Assembly (NCBI RefSeq): GCF_902713615.1
Contig: NC_052148.1
Coordinates: 178,731,262 to 178,795,261 of the forward strand
Direction of reading: 5' to 3'
Source: Scyliorhinus canicula
Taxonomy: Eukaryota
DNA length: 64,000 nt
In this document: positions 61,717-64,000 of the stretch, piece by piece
Numbering within the stretch: position 1 is the first letter of the stretch
Layout of the letters: each line of letters opens with the position of its first letter
Notes under the pieces: model-generated
What the model was told of the DNA's origin: nothing
The model's database searches: none
What the model saw: only the letters and a program-made list of their open reading frames with translations
Made by a program: the position numbers and the translations under genes

Positions 61717-62854
61717 CCATTTAAAAAGGGAGATAGAGAGAAAACAGTGTATTATAGATCAGCGAGCCTGACGTCGGTAGTGGGAAAATTCTGACATCCA
61801 TTATCGAAGATTTGATAGCAGAGCATTTTGAAAATAATAGCAGGATCAGGCAGGTCAGCATGGATTTATGAAAGGGAAATAATGCTTGAAAAATCTACTG
61901 GAATTCTTTGAGGATGTAACTCATACAGTTGATGAGGGGGAGCCAGTGGATGTGATCTTTTTGAACTTTCAGAAGACTTTTGACAAGGTCCCACATAAGA
62001 GAGCAGTGTGTAAAATTTAAGTATCTGGGATTGGGGTAGAATATTGAGAGGGAAAGAAAGCTGGTTGACAGACAGGAAAAAAAGTGTAATAAATGCGTCT
62101 TTCACCAAGTGACAGGCAGTGGCTAAGGGTATCGCAGAGATGAGTGCTGGGACGCTAGTCATTCTCAATGTATATTAATAATTTAGATGAAGGAACTAAA
62201 TGTAATATTCCCAAAATTGCAGATGTTATAAAACTGGGAGGGAGGGTGAGCTCTGATGAGGATGCAGAGATGCTTCCTATGATTTGGACAAGTTGAATGA
62301 GTGGGTAAATGCATGGCAGATGTACATTGAGTGAGGGGAATGTGCAACAAGACTTGGGTGTCCTTGTACACCACTTGCATCCCGGTACAGCAGGCAGTAA
62401 AGGCAGCAAATAGTATGTCGGTCTTCATAGTGAGTACAGAAGCAGGGATATCAGGGCCTTGGTGAGACCACACCTGAAATATTGTGTGCAGTTCTGGTGT
62501 CCTTATCTGAGGAAGGATGTTCTTGCTATAGAAGGAATCCAGTGAAGGTTTACCAGGCTGTTTCCTGGATGGCAGGACTGATATACGAGAGATTGAGTCA
62601 GATAGGATTATATTCACTGGAGTTCAGAAGAATGAGGAGGGGTGTCTCATAGAAACATATAAAATTCTAACAGGACTAGACAGGGTAGATGCAGAAAGGA
62701 TGATCCTGATGGTGGGAGTGTTCAGAATCAGGGGTCAGAGTCTAAGGATAAGGGGTAAACCATTTCCGACTGAGATGAGGAGAAACATCTTCATCCAGAG
62801 AGTGGTGAGACTGTGGAATTCTCTATCTAGAAAAATGTTGAGACCAAAACATTG

Positions 62855-63502
62855 TGGGCAGGTTTCTCTGATCGCCGACGCCGAATTCGCATTAGTCGAT
62901 TGGCCGGAGAATCCCCGTTTACACCGGAATCTGTGGGTGGCACCTTTTTTGCAATGCTCCGCCCCCTCAAAAACAACGTACTCCGAGTATGGCACACACT
63001 GTATGGGCGGCCTCAGGCTGCCACCTGAGGCCCTCACCCGATGCTCTACCCCCGATGGGCTGAGTCCCCGACGGTGTGGGACACATGTGCTCACACCGTT
63101 CGGGGACCTCGCATGGTGGCTGCGGACTGAGTCCAGCACCACGACAGTTAGGGGGGAGCCATCCCGCTGGCAGTGGGGCATTCATCGTGGGCTCGGGGAC
63201 TGGTGAGAGGTGGTCCTGGGGTGGCATGGCTTGTCACAGGGGGCCAGGTTTTGGCAGGCTAGGTTCACGTGCGGCCGGCGCCATGTTGCACGGTGCGACT
63301 GCCGCTGTGTGAATGCGCAGCCATGAACCCGGCAATTCTGCGGCCGTATCCGCAGGTAAAGCTGGGGGCTTTACAATGCATGGCTGTTAGCCCCCCCACC
63401 CCCCCCACCGGACGGAGGATCGGTGCGGGTGCGGTGCTGACTTTCTGGTTATAAGACCAGACGGATCCTGTGGACATAGCCGCAGGATTGGAGAATCCAG
63501 CC
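62855..63502. mobile_element. GC-rich Harbinger-type MITE nested in a CR1
   Basis: GGGCAGGTTTCTCT ... GGAGAATCCAGCC; the CR1 sequence resumes on both sides. Confidence 0.75.
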
Positions 63503-63689
63503 TTGTATGTTTCAAGAAGGAGTTAGATATAGCTCTTGAGGCTAAGGGATCAAAGGATATGGGGGGAAAGTGAGAACAGGTTACTGAGTTGGATGTTCAG
63601 CCATTATCATAATGAATGGTGGTGCCCGCTTGAAGGCCCAAATGGCCTCCTCCTGCTCCTATTTGTTATGTTTCTATAGTGCTAAAAAA

Positions 63690-64000
63690 GGAAAGACGGT
63701 ACTTTCTACATGGTGAAACGCTTGAAGCAGTGAAGACATTTGGGGATCAGATACACACATCATTACCATGTGATGGTAAGAAAGGTTAATGAACTGTGGC
63801 CTTTATATCTGGAGGATTAAAATACAAGATGTCATGTTCCAACTATGCAAAGCCCTGGTCAACCACATCTGGAACACTGCAAGCTGTTTTGGACACCGCA
63901 GCTTAGGAAGCCTTGGATCAAGTGCAGTGTAGGTTTACCAGAATGATACGTGCACTCCAAGGATTAAATCACGAGGAGAGATTACATAAAGCAGTAGATT
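63690..64000 (+). mobile_element. CR1-type LINE fragment
   Basis: Resembles the CR1 ORF2 C-terminal region (ALVNHIWNT-like / RFTRMI-like segment); runs off the window. Confidence 0.6.

Larger units (their letters stand above)
59700..63680 (+). mobile_element. Decayed CR1-clade LINE (EN-RT, 3' tail at about 63640-63677) with nested SINE and MITE
   Basis: NDHNMVEF, GPDNLHLRVLKEVA, WRVANITPVF and RRNIFIQRVVRLWNSL fragments. Confidence 0.88.

Overview
Vertebrate nuclear DNA, very probably a shark (inferred from HE1/V-SINE-type and DeuSINE-type SINEs, CR1/HER1-type LINEs and GC-rich Harbinger MITEs). Most of the window is nested transposable elements. The host genes are two tandem, four-exon, ELR-negative CXC chemokine genes on the + strand (CDS 14656-16950 and 30726-32440; 96 aa each, 7 aa differences). 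The ORF track misses both because they are spliced. Each has an IRF/AP-1/NF-kB/C-EBP proximal promoter and lies in a larger tandem-duplication unit whose upstream non-coding blocks recur three times. The third set (38170-56745) has no gene inside the window, which predicts a third paralog beyond 64000. Other highlights: a SINE inserted into the intron-1 acceptor of copy 2 whose (TTTCA)n tail rebuilds the splice site; apparent gene conversion of the gene core; a MITE-disrupted processed pseudogene of TAF12; a hammerhead-ribozyme-like motif in the presumptive 3' UTR of copy 1; and a young L1-clade insertion with a 14-bp TSD in a palindrome. All alignments were made by eye, so repeat boundaries are approximate.
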